Source of the DNA: Coprothermobacterota bacterium
GTDB lineage: Bacteria; Coprothermobacterota; HKB111
NCBI GenBank assembly: GCA_037440465.1
Contig: JBBIUB010000005.1
Location: forward strand, 1 to 64,000
Length of the DNA stretch: 64,000 bases
Direction of reading: 5' to 3'
This document shows positions 10,977 to 20,629 of the stretch, piece by piece. How positions within the stretch are numbered: the stretch's first letter is position 1; every line of letters starts with the position of its first letter. Both the position numbers and the translations under genes were made by a program. Under the pieces are notes generated by a model. The model had not been told where the DNA came from. It searched no databases and saw only the letters and a list, made by a program, of their open reading frames with translations.

Positions 10977-11295
10977 TATTCACCTGTTCGAATAAATATT
11001 GAAGGAGAAGATCTTGTATATCTTTTCTTCTAACAGAAATGATATTTTTATATTCCTCATCAAGTGTTGTTTCTTGTGCTATTAGTTCATCTTTAAAATT
11101 TTTCAACTCTTTTTCTAATTCTTCTTCAAGACCTTGAGTTAACACCTCTATCTCGTTAAGGTATTGATTCCTGAGAACTTCTATCTGTTTCTCGGCTTCT
11201 TCAAGAATTTCTTTGCTTTTCACTTTTGCATCATCTTCAATCATTAAAGCTTTTTCTTCAACAAACTTAAGTTCTTTGATAAGGTCATCTTCCAT
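10963..11295 (-). CDS. V/A-type ATP synthase subunit G/H (peripheral stalk)
   Basis: Acidic coiled coil in first operon position; start moved to ATG 11295 (SD GGAGG) because the longer ORF overlaps tRNA-Ala. Confidence 0.7.
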   Translation of the reverse strand: MEDDLIKELKFVEEKALMIEDDAKVKSKEILEEAEKQIEVLRNQYLNEIEVLTQGLEEELEKELKNFKDELIAQETTLDEEYKNIISVRRKDIQDLLLQYLFEQVNSGNS

Positions 11296-11317
11296 AACAC
11301 TGCCTCCATTGGTATAA

Positions 11318-11392
11318 TGGTGGAGATGACCGGATTCGAACCGGCAACCTCCTGTGTGCAAGACAGGCGCTCTCCCGCTGAGCTACATCCCC
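11318..11392 (-). tRNA. tRNA-Ala(TGC)
   Basis: GGGGATGTAGCTCAGCGGGAGAGCG-CCTGT-CTTGCAC-ACAGG...GGTTCGAATCC...CATCTCCACCA; G3:U70 pair; CCA encoded. Confidence 0.97.
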
Positions 11393-11401
11393 ACATAAAA
11401 A

Positions 11402-11478
11402 TGGTGGGCCCTTCTGGATTCGAACCAGAGACCTCATCCTTATCAGGGATGCGCTCTAACCTGCTGAGCTAAGGGCCC
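11402..11478 (-). tRNA. tRNA-Ile(GAT)
   Basis: GGGCCCTTAGCTCAGCAGGTTAGAGCG-CATCC-CTGATAA-GGATG...GGTTCGAATCC...GGGCCCACCA. Confidence 0.97.
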
Positions 11479-11544
11479 AACCGTTATATAATATCATATA
11501 TACAAATTATCATAAAATATTTTATAATTTGAAAGGTAGAAAAG

Positions 11545-12111
11545 ATGCCCTTAAAAAAACCAAATAACAAAGATAATATTAAAATATTTCTTATTCTTAG
11601 TATCCTTGGACTTGTAATGATTATTAAGGGCGGTCAATATCTTATTAGCTGGCCAATCTCTCAGGAATTACCTGAGATACAGTTTACTGAAAACGATTAT
11701 TTATCCCTTCTTAGCCAATACGCAATATTTAAAAACCAGCTAAAAGAAAACGGAAATGCTTCGCTTTACTTTACTCCCCAGATGTTAAAATCATATCTTA
11801 AATTTGAACCAGGTGTAGCAAAACAGTTTCCTGTTCAGGAAATTTTTGTAAATGATAGAGATATAGAAATAAGGTTAGAGAATAAAATTAAAGGTGAAAT
11901 ATATGAGATATATTTACTTTTACAACCTCAAGAAAATAATGGTAGATTATATCTTAAAGTGCTTAAGGCAACAGCAGGACGATTAAAGATACCTTCAATT
12001 ATTGCCCAGAAGAAGGTTGATGAAGTTATTGAAACTATTTCTTTACCTTTTTACCTCAAGTCTATTGAAATTAATAAAGAAGGGATAAGTATAATTGCCA
12101 AAAAACTATAA
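11545..12111 (+). CDS. Membrane-anchored hypothetical protein (possibly YpmS/DUF2140-like)
   Basis: N-terminal TM helix, pattern NGRLYLKVLKATAGRLKIP, SD AAGG; overlaps ftsK start. Confidence 0.55.
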   Translation: MPLKKPNNKDNIKIFLILSILGLVMIIKGGQYLISWPISQELPEIQFTENDYLSLLSQYAIFKNQLKENGNASLYFTPQMLKSYLKFEPGVAKQFPVQEIFVNDRDIEIRLENKIKGEIYEIYLLLQPQENNGRLYLKVLKATAGRLKIPSIIAQKKVDEVIETISLPFYLKSIEINKEGISIIAKKL

Positions 12112-14143
12112 GAAAAAAAGATCAAAAAAGAGAGTTAACTGGAAGCGCCTGGCAAGAAACCTGCTGCTATTTGCTTTAGTAACTCTAATATTAGTTTTTG
12201 CTGTTACTCTCTTCCCTCTCTACTGGCCAATACTATTGAATGGTTTAAAGAGCGCCACAAGTTATATGTTGAGAATTGCACTAAATCTACCATCTCTTCT
12301 CAGAAGCTATGTTCCATCAATGTTAAGCTGGTACTTTGGAGAATGGCCTTCAATTTTTCTATTTGTTTTAACCATTCTTTTTTTAACAGTTTATCTTTAT
12401 AGAGGAAAACCACACATTCTATTCCTTTGGTTATTTTTATTATTCCTGTCTGGCCAAGCATGGAGTGGCTATTTATATCCCAATTACCCTCTTTATAAAG
12501 AGCCCACTCGATGGATTGGACGGCTTGGTGTTTACTTATTCGAGACACTGGCTATTCCTCTGGGTGAACTCCCTGCTATAGTTATATATTCCTTCCTTAC
12601 ACTTATTTTCTTTATATTTACTCTTTTTGGCTTGAAGAAAATAATATTTTCTTTAAGAAAACCAAATTCATCAACTTCCTTAACTAAGCCACCTAAGCCT
12701 CGACCTAAACTCAAACCCTCCTCTTTAGAACTCACAACTGAATATATTCTTCCTTCATCAGATATGCTTAAAGAACACCCTACAAAAACAGAGTTAATTA
12801 ATAAAGACCGTTTAGCTGCAATTGTCGATGAAACCATAAACAGTTTTGGTATCAATGGTATGGTTGATGAGGTTACAACAGGACCAACCTTTCTAAGAGT
12901 GACGGTAAAAGTTGAGAGAGGTACCAGATTAAATCAGTTAACATCTATATCCAACGAATTATCAATGGCTCTGGGAGTATCAAAGGTTCGAATAGATGCC
13001 CCTATCCCGGGTAAACCCAATACCGTAGCCATAGAAGTACCAAGAGAGAAAAGGAGTATTGTCTCCATAAAAAACATTATTAAAAGCCAGGAATTTAATT
13101 CTTCTAACACGCCTTTACCGCTTGTTCTGGGGTTAGCAGACAATCCAATAGTAGAAGATATTAGAAACTTACCTCATCTTCTAATAGGCGGTTCCAGTGG
13201 AACAGGAAAAACAATTTGTCTTCATAGTATTTTATGCGGTATTTTATTTACCTCTACACCTCGGGAAGTAAGGATTGTACTCATAGATCCCAAGAGGGTT
13301 GAGTTCATAGATTACGAAGGTATCCCTCATCTGTTATACCCGGTAATAACAGAAGTAAACACCGCTGTTCGTGTATTAAAACTTCTAACTCATGAAATGG
13401 ATAATAGATACAAGCTTTTTGAGGAAAAGAGGGTCAGTGACCTTCAAAGTTACAATAAGATTGTTAATGAACAAGAAAAATTGCCTTACATCCTTATAGT
13501 TGTAGATGAACTGGCAGATATGATTAGCCTTAATAAAGAGTCTGAAAAATTCATAGTTCGACTGGCACAAAAAGCTCGTGCTGCGGGTATTAATCTGATA
13601 GTAGCTACTCAAAGGCCTACTATAAATGTGGTTACTGGTTTAATAAAAACAAACTTTTCTTCTCGCATAGCTTTTGCTGTTCCCACACAGATAGACTCAA
13701 GAATAATATTAGACAGAGGAGGTGCTGAAAAACTTCTCGGGAAAGGCGATATGCTTTACTTATCTCAGGAAGCTTCTAAACCAAAAAGAATACAGGGGGC
13801 ATTTCTGGATAAAGAAGAGCTTAGAGCCATAATATCTCATTGGAAAAAACAACTGAAGGAAGCTCCTCTTGCTCCACCAGAAGAGCCACTATCACAAGAA
13901 GAATTAGAGTATGATGAAGAAATAGACCCATTAACAAGAGAAGTTGTAAAAATAATTCTTCAGCATGGTATGGCATCCACTTCTCTTTTGCAGAGAAGAC
14001 TAAGCATTGGCTATGCCCGCGCTGCTCGAATCCTTGATTACCTTGAACATCGTGGTATAGTAGGTCCCGGAGAGAGTAGTAAACCCAGAAAACTCCTTAT
14101 CACAAAATGGGAAAACCTACCACCCGACCTCTTTGAATCATAA
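12095..14143 (+). CDS. ftsK: DNA translocase FtsK/SpoIIIE
   Basis: N-terminal TMs, PHLLIGGSSGTGKT, IVVDELAD, ATQRP, gamma domain STSLLQRRLSIGYARAARI. Confidence 0.95.
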   Translation: MPKNYKKKRSKKRVNWKRLARNLLLFALVTLILVFAVTLFPLYWPILLNGLKSATSYMLRIALNLPSLLRSYVPSMLSWYFGEWPSIFLFVLTILFLTVYLYRGKPHILFLWLFLLFLSGQAWSGYLYPNYPLYKEPTRWIGRLGVYLFETLAIPLGELPAIVIYSFLTLIFFIFTLFGLKKIIFSLRKPNSSTSLTKPPKPRPKLKPSSLELTTEYILPSSDMLKEHPTKTELINKDRLAAIVDETINSFGINGMVDEVTTGPTFLRVTVKVERGTRLNQLTSISNELSMALGVSKVRIDAPIPGKPNTVAIEVPREKRSIVSIKNIIKSQEFNSSNTPLPLVLGLADNPIVEDIRNLPHLLIGGSSGTGKTICLHSILCGILFTSTPREVRIVLIDPKRVEFIDYEGIPHLLYPVITEVNTAVRVLKLLTHEMDNRYKLFEEKRVSDLQSYNKIVNEQEKLPYILIVVDELADMISLNKESEKFIVRLAQKARAAGINLIVATQRPTINVVTGLIKTNFSSRIAFAVPTQIDSRIILDRGGAEKLLGKGDMLYLSQEASKPKRIQGAFLDKEELRAIISHWKKQLKEAPLAPPEEPLSQEELEYDEEIDPLTREVVKIILQHGMASTSLLQRRLSIGYARAARILDYLEHRGIVGPGESSKPRKLLITKWENLPPDLFES

Positions 14144-14151
14144 TTGAAACA

Positions 14152-14290
14152 GGATTCAAGGGGTCAAAGAATATGACGAGTGACAGGTGATAGGTAATGA
14201 GTAATGTGTAATAAGTGAAGGATCACATGTCACACTTCACCTGTTACATATTACAGGTAATATATCACATCCTTTAACACTCTTGATTTA
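14152..14290. repeat. Inverted heptamer array nested in octamer repeats
   Basis: GGATTCAA GGGGTCAA, then ACGAGTG ACAGGTG ATAGGTA ATGAGTA ATGTGTA ATAAGTG, then inverted TCACATG TCACACT TCACCTG TTACATA TTACAGG TAATATA TCACATC. Confidence 0.8.
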
Positions 14291-14311
14291 AGCAAATGTT
14301 TGCTGTATTAT
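14283..14311 (+). promoter_or_regulatory. Sigma70-type promoter for tRNA-Leu/murC
   Basis: TTGATT-17 nt-TATTAT ending 9 nt before the tRNA. Confidence 0.55.
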
Positions 14312-14320
14312 AAATTGTTA

Positions 14321-14407
<87 letters not shown>

Positions 14408-14441
14408 TTAGCATTTCATATAAGAGGTTTTCATTTAATAC

Positions 14442-15848
14442 ATGCTTAAAGAGTCATCAATACTAAGAGAAGTAAAAAATATCTACCTTATTGGTATAAA
14501 AGGCAGAGGTATGTCAGCCCTGGCCAGCATACTTACTAACCTTAGTATTGATGTAAGTGGGTCAGACACAAGTCAAGAGTTTATAACAGACCAGATTCTA
14601 AAAAAATTACCTGTAAGAGTAATGGAAGGCTTTAATTCTGAAAACATACCTCCAGGTACAGACCTTATCATATCATCAGTTGCTTATTATGATTACCGTA
14701 CTAATATTCCTCTATTAAATAACCCAGAAGTTAAAAAGGCTCTTGAGAAAAAAATACCAATCCTGGCTTATCCGCAATTCCTGGGGAATCTCTTCAACGA
14801 TTCTTTTGGAATAGGAATATGTGGGACTCACGGAAAAACTACAACTACAGCCATGATAGGCTTAATATTAGAAAGCGGGGGGTTGGACCCTACTGTACTA
14901 ACAGGAGGAGAAGTACTGAAGTGGGGTCAGAACAGCAGAGCAGGCATGAGTAAATATTTTGTACTTGAAGCAGACGAGTATAGAGAATCTTTCCTTAATT
15001 ATCAACCTGAAGTACTGGTAGTTGGTCCTATTAATTACGATCATCCCGATTTCTTTAATAATTTTAACTTATATAAAGAAGCTTATAAAAAAATAATTTC
15101 TCAGGTAAAAAATAATGGTTTAATAATTGCTTGTGGAGACAATCCTAACACATTGGATGTTTTAAGAAAAAGAATAACCTGTAAAACATTAACTTATGGT
15201 ATTTCTTCTTCCTCGGACATAACTATTTCTGATAGAGATGTGTTTAACGGTAATCAACACTTCAATGTCTTATGTAAGGGTAAAAATTTGGGCAGATTCT
15301 CCCTTCCACTACCTGGAGATGGTTACTTAATAAATTCCCTGGCTTCCATTGGAGTAGCTTTAGACCTCGGCATAGACATTGATAGTATCAGGGATAGTCT
15401 GAAAAATTATCAGGGAATAAAAAGACGCTTTGAAGTTAAACAAAAAAATCCATTTACTGTCATAGATGACCACGCTGGTCTTCCTGCGGAAATAGAAACC
15501 ACCTTGAAGGGAGCGAAGGAGTTTTTCCCGGGAAAGACGATATGGACAGTATTTCAGCCCCATACTTTCAGCAGGACCGAAGCCTTGATGCAAGATTTTG
15601 CCCAATCTCTATTAATCGCTGATAGGGTTGTAATTCTGGATATTTATGCCCCTGCAAGAGAACCAATAGGAAATGTGCACTCTACTGACCTGCTCAAATT
15701 GATACCAGAAAAGGGGATATATAAAAAAACAATTCCAGAAGCTTTTAACTATTTGATAAAAGAAATAAGAGAGGGTGATGTAATTATTACCATGGGAATA
15801 GGAGATGTCTGGCCTCTTGCAGATGCTTTAACCAAAAACATAAAATAG
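14442..15848 (+). CDS. murC: UDP-N-acetylmuramate--amino acid ligase (MurC-like)
   Basis: GIKGRGMS, GTHGKTTT, EADEY, DHPD, RRFE, FQPHTFSRT; atypical DDHAGLP in place of DDYAHHP. Confidence 0.85.
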   Translation: MLKESSILREVKNIYLIGIKGRGMSALASILTNLSIDVSGSDTSQEFITDQILKKLPVRVMEGFNSENIPPGTDLIISSVAYYDYRTNIPLLNNPEVKKALEKKIPILAYPQFLGNLFNDSFGIGICGTHGKTTTTAMIGLILESGGLDPTVLTGGEVLKWGQNSRAGMSKYFVLEADEYRESFLNYQPEVLVVGPINYDHPDFFNNFNLYKEAYKKIISQVKNNGLIIACGDNPNTLDVLRKRITCKTLTYGISSSSDITISDRDVFNGNQHFNVLCKGKNLGRFSLPLPGDGYLINSLASIGVALDLGIDIDSIRDSLKNYQGIKRRFEVKQKNPFTVIDDHAGLPAEIETTLKGAKEFFPGKTIWTVFQPHTFSRTEALMQDFAQSLLIADRVVILDIYAPAREPIGNVHSTDLLKLIPEKGIYKKTIPEAFNYLIKEIREGDVIITMGIGDVWPLADALTKNIK

Positions 15849-15859
15849 GGCGGTAGGTA

Positions 15860-16252
15860 TCATTTTAATGCACCTGTTTCAATTATCTCAAGATAAAAGA
15901 ATTTATCACGTTCTCTCAACACAGCTTCAACTCTAACAGGTGTTCCTATATCATTTTCTTCATATGGATTAAGCCCACCTGTATAACCACCAGCATAAAT
16001 ATAGCCTGTTTTATCCTTTAATACCCAGAGCACACCAAGTGATTCTGGAGAGGGTTTTAATTTATCATCTGTTTCAAAACCGTTGAAATCACCATAGATA
16101 ATAACTTTTTTTCCAACATAATTGGAGGGATTCCTTAAAATCTCATTAATAGTAATAACGCCAGGTTCTTTTTGTTTCAACTGGCAAGCAGAAAAAGATA
16201 TTAAAATTATGAACATAAGAAAAAGCGTTGATATTTTAAGTGTAATTTTCAT
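15860..16252 (-). CDS. Putative lipoprotein (OB-fold-like)
   Basis: Lipobox FSAC, ITINEILRNPSNYVGKKV, WVLKDKTG; SD GGAGG. Confidence 0.7.
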   Translation of the reverse strand: MKITLKISTLFLMFIILISFSACQLKQKEPGVITINEILRNPSNYVGKKVIIYGDFNGFETDDKLKPSPESLGVLWVLKDKTGYIYAGGYTGGLNPYEENDIGTPVRVEAVLRERDKFFYLEIIETGALK

Positions 16253-16420
16253 AATTCCTCCGTTTATTATTCTTTATGATATTATAGAATAGTTTATCAA
16301 GTGTTTAATAAGACAATTTATTAATTTTAAGCCAGGAGCTAATTATATTGATAATACAATTAATAATAAATAAATTACACAAGCAATCATATTGAGAAAA
16401 TCTTTTAATAGAGAGCAATA

Positions 16421-17197
16421 ATGGAACTTGTAGTCCTTTATCCCCACTTAAAAAACCAGGTTATAGCAAAATCCCTTCTTTATAAACACAAAATCACCTG
16501 GGTCAAGGCTGGAGATAGAATACCAGATACTCCACTATTAGTAGTAGCAGGTGGGGATGGGACAATAAATTATGCTGTTAATAATATTAGTTTAGAAAAA
16601 ACAAAACTCCTCATTATACCTTTAGGAAGGGGAAATGTACTGGCAAACGCTCTGAATATCCACCTCAAATTTCCTTTTGATATTATCAATAAAAAATCCC
16701 GAGAAATTCAAGCTCCCCTATTGGAGGTTAACGGAAAGCTTGCTGTTATGGGCGCTGGAGTTGGAGAAGGTAGTAAAATTATGTACTATGCAAATCCCTA
16801 CTCTCAATTAGGAATTTCTTCTTATTTCGTTACTGGCTTTAGAACAATACCATTCTGTATGCCCTTACAGATAAAGGTTAATGGTATTCTATATACCGAT
16901 TTATTAACTATAGAATTATCTCTCTGGGGAACATCAAGTTGGGGACTACCATTAACAAACTTACCTTCTTCCAGAGGTCCTTTTCTCATTCTGGTAAAAG
17001 GTTTTCCTTTTTTAACAGCTCTTTCTTTTCTTACAGGTCATCTACCTGAATGGGAAGGAGTCACAACGCTTGAAGGTAAGGAGTTTCTCCTTGAATCAGA
17101 TGAAGATATAATGGCGCATATAGACGGAGAAGCTTTTATCACGAAAAAACTTGAATCAAAATTATCAGATAAAAGGGTTACAATATTAGCTTTTTAG
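16421..17197 (+). CDS. Diacylglycerol/lipid kinase family protein
   Basis: AGGDGT, IPLGRGNVLA, HIDGE. Confidence 0.88.
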   Translation: MELVVLYPHLKNQVIAKSLLYKHKITWVKAGDRIPDTPLLVVAGGDGTINYAVNNISLEKTKLLIIPLGRGNVLANALNIHLKFPFDIINKKSREIQAPLLEVNGKLAVMGAGVGEGSKIMYYANPYSQLGISSYFVTGFRTIPFCMPLQIKVNGILYTDLLTIELSLWGTSSWGLPLTNLPSSRGPFLILVKGFPFLTALSFLTGHLPEWEGVTTLEGKEFLLESDEDIMAHIDGEAFITKKLESKLSDKRVTILAF

Positions 17198-18546
17198 CTT
17201 AGTACCTCAACAAATTTTTTGAACTTCTCTCCCCTATCTTCAAAATCTAAAAACTGGTCATAAGAAGCGCAAGCAGGTGATAAAAGAACAACATCTCCTG
17301 GATTAACAAGGGTATATGCTTCTTCCACAGCTTCCTGCAAATTATTCCTAATAGAATAGTTGGAAAAGCCTGAATACATTAAGGACCTTTCTATTTGCCA
17401 TCTGGTTTCCCCTATAAGAATAATCCATTTAACATTCAAATTAGGTATTTCTCTGGTTAATGGTGAAAAATCTACTTTCTTATCACTACCCCCCAGAATA
17501 AGAACCTTAGGCTCTGGTATTGCCTTCAGGGCTACCAGTGTAGCGTGTGGAGTAGTAGCCTTAGAATCATTGATATAAGATACACCCTTAAAAGTGCGAA
17601 CAAACTCAAGACGATGATGTAGCCCCTTGAAGCTTCTAATGGAGTCTGGAATGGTCGTTGATGATACTCCTGCTGCTATGGCAGCAACTGAAGCTGACAT
17701 TACATTCTCCAGATTATGCTCTCCAATTAATGGCACTTCTTCAGTAGAGATTAATTTCTCTTCTCTTCCATTCCACCTGTAATAGATTAATTTATCTTTA
17801 ATATAAACTCCTTCTTTACCATGGTCAAAGGGTGCAAAATATGCTTTTCTGGTATTAGCTTTCTCCATAATTGATAGAACTCGCTTGTCCCTTCCATTTC
17901 CAATTAAAAGATCGTCTGGTTCCATGTTTAGATAAACACGACTAATAATCTTCTCAAATTCTTTCATAGAAGAGTGTCGGTCTAAATGGTCTTCAAATAT
18001 ATTCAGAATAATTGCCACTTTTGGGTGAAATTTATCAATTGTCTCAAGTTGAAATGAGCTAACTTCCACTACTAACCATCCAGATGAAGGTACTTTTTCT
18101 ATTACCTCAGTCAGGGGTGGCCTAATATTTCCACCAATCCCCGCTTGAAATCCTGCATCTGTCAATATTTTAAATATAAGAGAAGTTGTGGTGCTCTTGC
18201 CATGAGTTTCACTAACAGCTATTATTGGAGAAGATGTAAACCTATATGCCAGCTCCAACTCTCCCCAAATGGGAATATCTTTAAGTCGGGCTTCATTAAG
18301 AAGGTCTATATCTAAACGAACACCCGGACTTACTACGATAAGATCTTTATCATTAATAAGAGAAAGTGGGTGACTTCCCAGAACAAGTTCAACCTGATTT
18401 AAGGGGTAAGATTGAAACTTCTCCCTTAATAACTCTTTCTTATCTGTTCCCACTATCTTTGCTCCATGTTTCAAAAGAAGCCTAGATGCAGCCACTCCGC
18501 TGTCAGCTAAGCCAACTACAAGAACATTTTTCCCATCAAGATTCAT
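17194..18546 (-). CDS. murD: UDP-N-acetylmuramoyl-L-alanine--D-glutamate ligase
   Basis: VSPG, EVSSFQL, EDHLDRH, HRLE, NDSKAT, LLSPACASYDQF; P-loop variant SETHGKST. Confidence 0.93.
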   Translation of the reverse strand: MNLDGKNVLVVGLADSGVAASRLLLKHGAKIVGTDKKELLREKFQSYPLNQVELVLGSHPLSLINDKDLIVVSPGVRLDIDLLNEARLKDIPIWGELELAYRFTSSPIIAVSETHGKSTTTSLIFKILTDAGFQAGIGGNIRPPLTEVIEKVPSSGWLVVEVSSFQLETIDKFHPKVAIILNIFEDHLDRHSSMKEFEKIISRVYLNMEPDDLLIGNGRDKRVLSIMEKANTRKAYFAPFDHGKEGVYIKDKLIYYRWNGREEKLISTEEVPLIGEHNLENVMSASVAAIAAGVSSTTIPDSIRSFKGLHHRLEFVRTFKGVSYINDSKATTPHATLVALKAIPEPKVLILGGSDKKVDFSPLTREIPNLNVKWIILIGETRWQIERSLMYSGFSNYSIRNNLQEAVEEAYTLVNPGDVVLLSPACASYDQFLDFEDRGEKFKKFVEVLS

Positions 18547-19874
18547 TCAAGCAGTTCCTTTTCAGTCTCTTCCATTCCTATACCCCTTGAACCCTTAATC
18601 AGTACCAGATCTCCAGTTTGAATCAGTTGCTTAAGCCTTTTACCAGCTTCTTGTGCTGTTGAAAAATGCTCTCCACCAGGAAATCCTCTAAGAAAAATAG
18701 ATGCCTTCTCCCCTACTGTAAGTAATACATCAAATTTCATTTCTGAAATTATGGCTGCTATTTCATTATGCTCCTTTTCAGAAAAGGTTCCCAATTCTCT
18801 CATCTCACCAAGTACAAGAATTTTTCTTCCCCCTTCTAACTCTTTAAACACCTTCAAAGAAACCCGAAGGGATAAAGGGTTGGAGTTGTAATAATCAACT
18901 ATAACTGTAGCTCCTCTAATAATTTTTCTTTCCATTCTTCCCCAGAGAGGTTGGAAATCTGATACTGCTTTAATCCCTTTACCTATTTCTATCCCGGTAA
19001 GATAGCCAGCAGCTAAGGCACCCAGTGCATTCAGGGCTGAATGCTCTCCTAACATATATTTTAAGAAGAAGTTTATTCTACCTTCAGGAGTAAATGCTTC
19101 AACCTCTGTACCTCCATTCCTGAATATCGATTTTAAAAGACGAAAATCTACCCCTTCATACCCATAAGTGATTCGGGTGCAGGAACACTCAAGATTCTTG
19201 ACAAAAGGATTATCAGCATTTATAACAACCCATCCTGGTGATGGTATGGATTTAACCATAATACCAGCTTCCTCTTCTTTCATTACCTCCAGAGATCCAA
19301 AATGCTCTATATGTGAAGGTCCCAGTGTTGTAACCACAACGCCATTTGGCTTGATAATGTCAAGAAGCACTTGAGCATCACCGACCTTCTGAGTACCATA
19401 CTCTACTACTCTAATATCCTTTTTAGGATCTTCATTTAATAAATAAAGTGGTATTCCAATTTCAGTATTCATATTTCCAGGAGTAGCACTAACTCTGTAT
19501 TTATTCTTGAGTACTTCTTTGACCATTTCTTTGGTAGTAGTCTTCCCAGAGCTGCCACATACTCCTATGGTAAAAACAGGTGAATCGTTGGCTAAATACT
19601 TGCCTAAATTAATTAAAGATTCAAGACTATTATTTACAACTATTTCTACCGGGAAAATTCCTACTCTACGATCAAGAAGGGCTCCTCTTGCTCCTTTTCT
19701 AAAAGCATCTTCACAATAAAGGTGACCATCAGTCTTCTTCCCTTTAAGTGCAATAAAAAAAGAACCTTCTTCTATTTCTCGTGAATCTGTAGAAAAATGA
19801 GAAAAGAGTGAATCACCATCACCAGAAAGGGAACCACAAACCGTTTTAGCAATACTTGAAGCTTCAAGAACCAT
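18543..19874 (-). CDS. murF: UDP-N-acetylmuramoyl-tripeptide--D-Ala-D-Ala ligase
   Basis: DSR, DGH, GSSGKTTTKE, GNMNTEIG, YNSNP, GEMRELG, KGSRG. Confidence 0.93.
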   Translation of the reverse strand: MVLEASSIAKTVCGSLSGDGDSLFSHFSTDSREIEEGSFFIALKGKKTDGHLYCEDAFRKGARGALLDRRVGIFPVEIVVNNSLESLINLGKYLANDSPVFTIGVCGSSGKTTTKEMVKEVLKNKYRVSATPGNMNTEIGIPLYLLNEDPKKDIRVVEYGTQKVGDAQVLLDIIKPNGVVVTTLGPSHIEHFGSLEVMKEEEAGIMVKSIPSPGWVVINADNPFVKNLECSCTRITYGYEGVDFRLLKSIFRNGGTEVEAFTPEGRINFFLKYMLGEHSALNALGALAAGYLTGIEIGKGIKAVSDFQPLWGRMERKIIRGATVIVDYYNSNPLSLRVSLKVFKELEGGRKILVLGEMRELGTFSEKEHNEIAAIISEMKFDVLLTVGEKASIFLRGFPGGEHFSTAQEAGKRLKQLIQTGDLVLIKGSRGIGMEETEKELLE

Positions 19875-20628
19875 TGTTATTACAAAACTCTACCTTTTGG
19901 GCAAAAACCAGCATTCTTGGAGTTTCCAGATTGAATTCTCCCCCACAATAATCGCCATACACAGAAGTAAAATGAAACCCAGTTTTTTCCAATAACCATT
20001 TTAGTTCAGTTAGTGTGTAAAGGCGGAGTTCTCTCCTAACCTCCTTCTGTTTACCATCTTTAATATAGATTCTCTTGGTTCGCTGTACACCATTAATAAT
20101 ATCGAAATTATGACGTTCCAGCATTAAAAAAGATGGGTATTCTCTAATCATATCTGTTTTGAAGTACTTAATAATATGGTCTCTATTTTCCAGATCCAAA
20201 AAAATAAATCCACCTGTCTTTAATACCCTGTAAGCTTCTTTTAGAACTTTGAGATTATCTTCTTCAGAGAAATATCCAAAAGTGGTAAAAAAGGATGTTA
20301 CCAGCGTGAATTGCTCATCTGAGAAGGGGAGCTTTCTCATATCACCTTCCACAAGATTAATACTTAAGTTAAGCTCCCTTGACCTTTTTAAACCTTCTTC
20401 AAGATAGGTTTTATTTAAGTCAAGTCCTGTAGCTACATAACCAGCCTTAGAAAAAAGTAAAATATGCCTTCCATAACCACAACCAAGGTCTAAAATTCCC
20501 TCATCCTTTGTTAATGAAGTTATTCTGGATACAAAATCTACCTGTTGAGCTGTTCTTTCAGGATCATCCTTAAGTGAAAGAAGCCAGATATAATCTTGAT
20601 CAAAATAGTCAATAAACCAGTTTTCCAA
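19864..20628 (-). CDS. Class I SAM-dependent methyltransferase
   Basis: ILDLGCGYGRH, GDMR, FTTFGYF; TTG start. Confidence 0.9.
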   Translation of the reverse strand: MENWFIDYFDQDYIWLLSLKDDPERTAQQVDFVSRITSLTKDEGILDLGCGYGRHILLFSKAGYVATGLDLNKTYLEEGLKRSRELNLSINLVEGDMRKLPFSDEQFTLVTSFFTTFGYFSEEDNLKVLKEAYRVLKTGGFIFLDLENRDHIIKYFKTDMIREYPSFLMLERHNFDIINGVQRTKRIYIKDGKQKEVRRELRLYTLTELKWLLEKTGFHFTSVYGDYCGGEFNLETPRMLVFAQKVEFCNNNGS

Positions 20629-20629
20629 C

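Noticed and set aside
11296..11361. N-terminal extension of the ATPase G/H ORF
   Set aside because: Overlaps tRNA-Ala; a better ATG with SD lies at 11295
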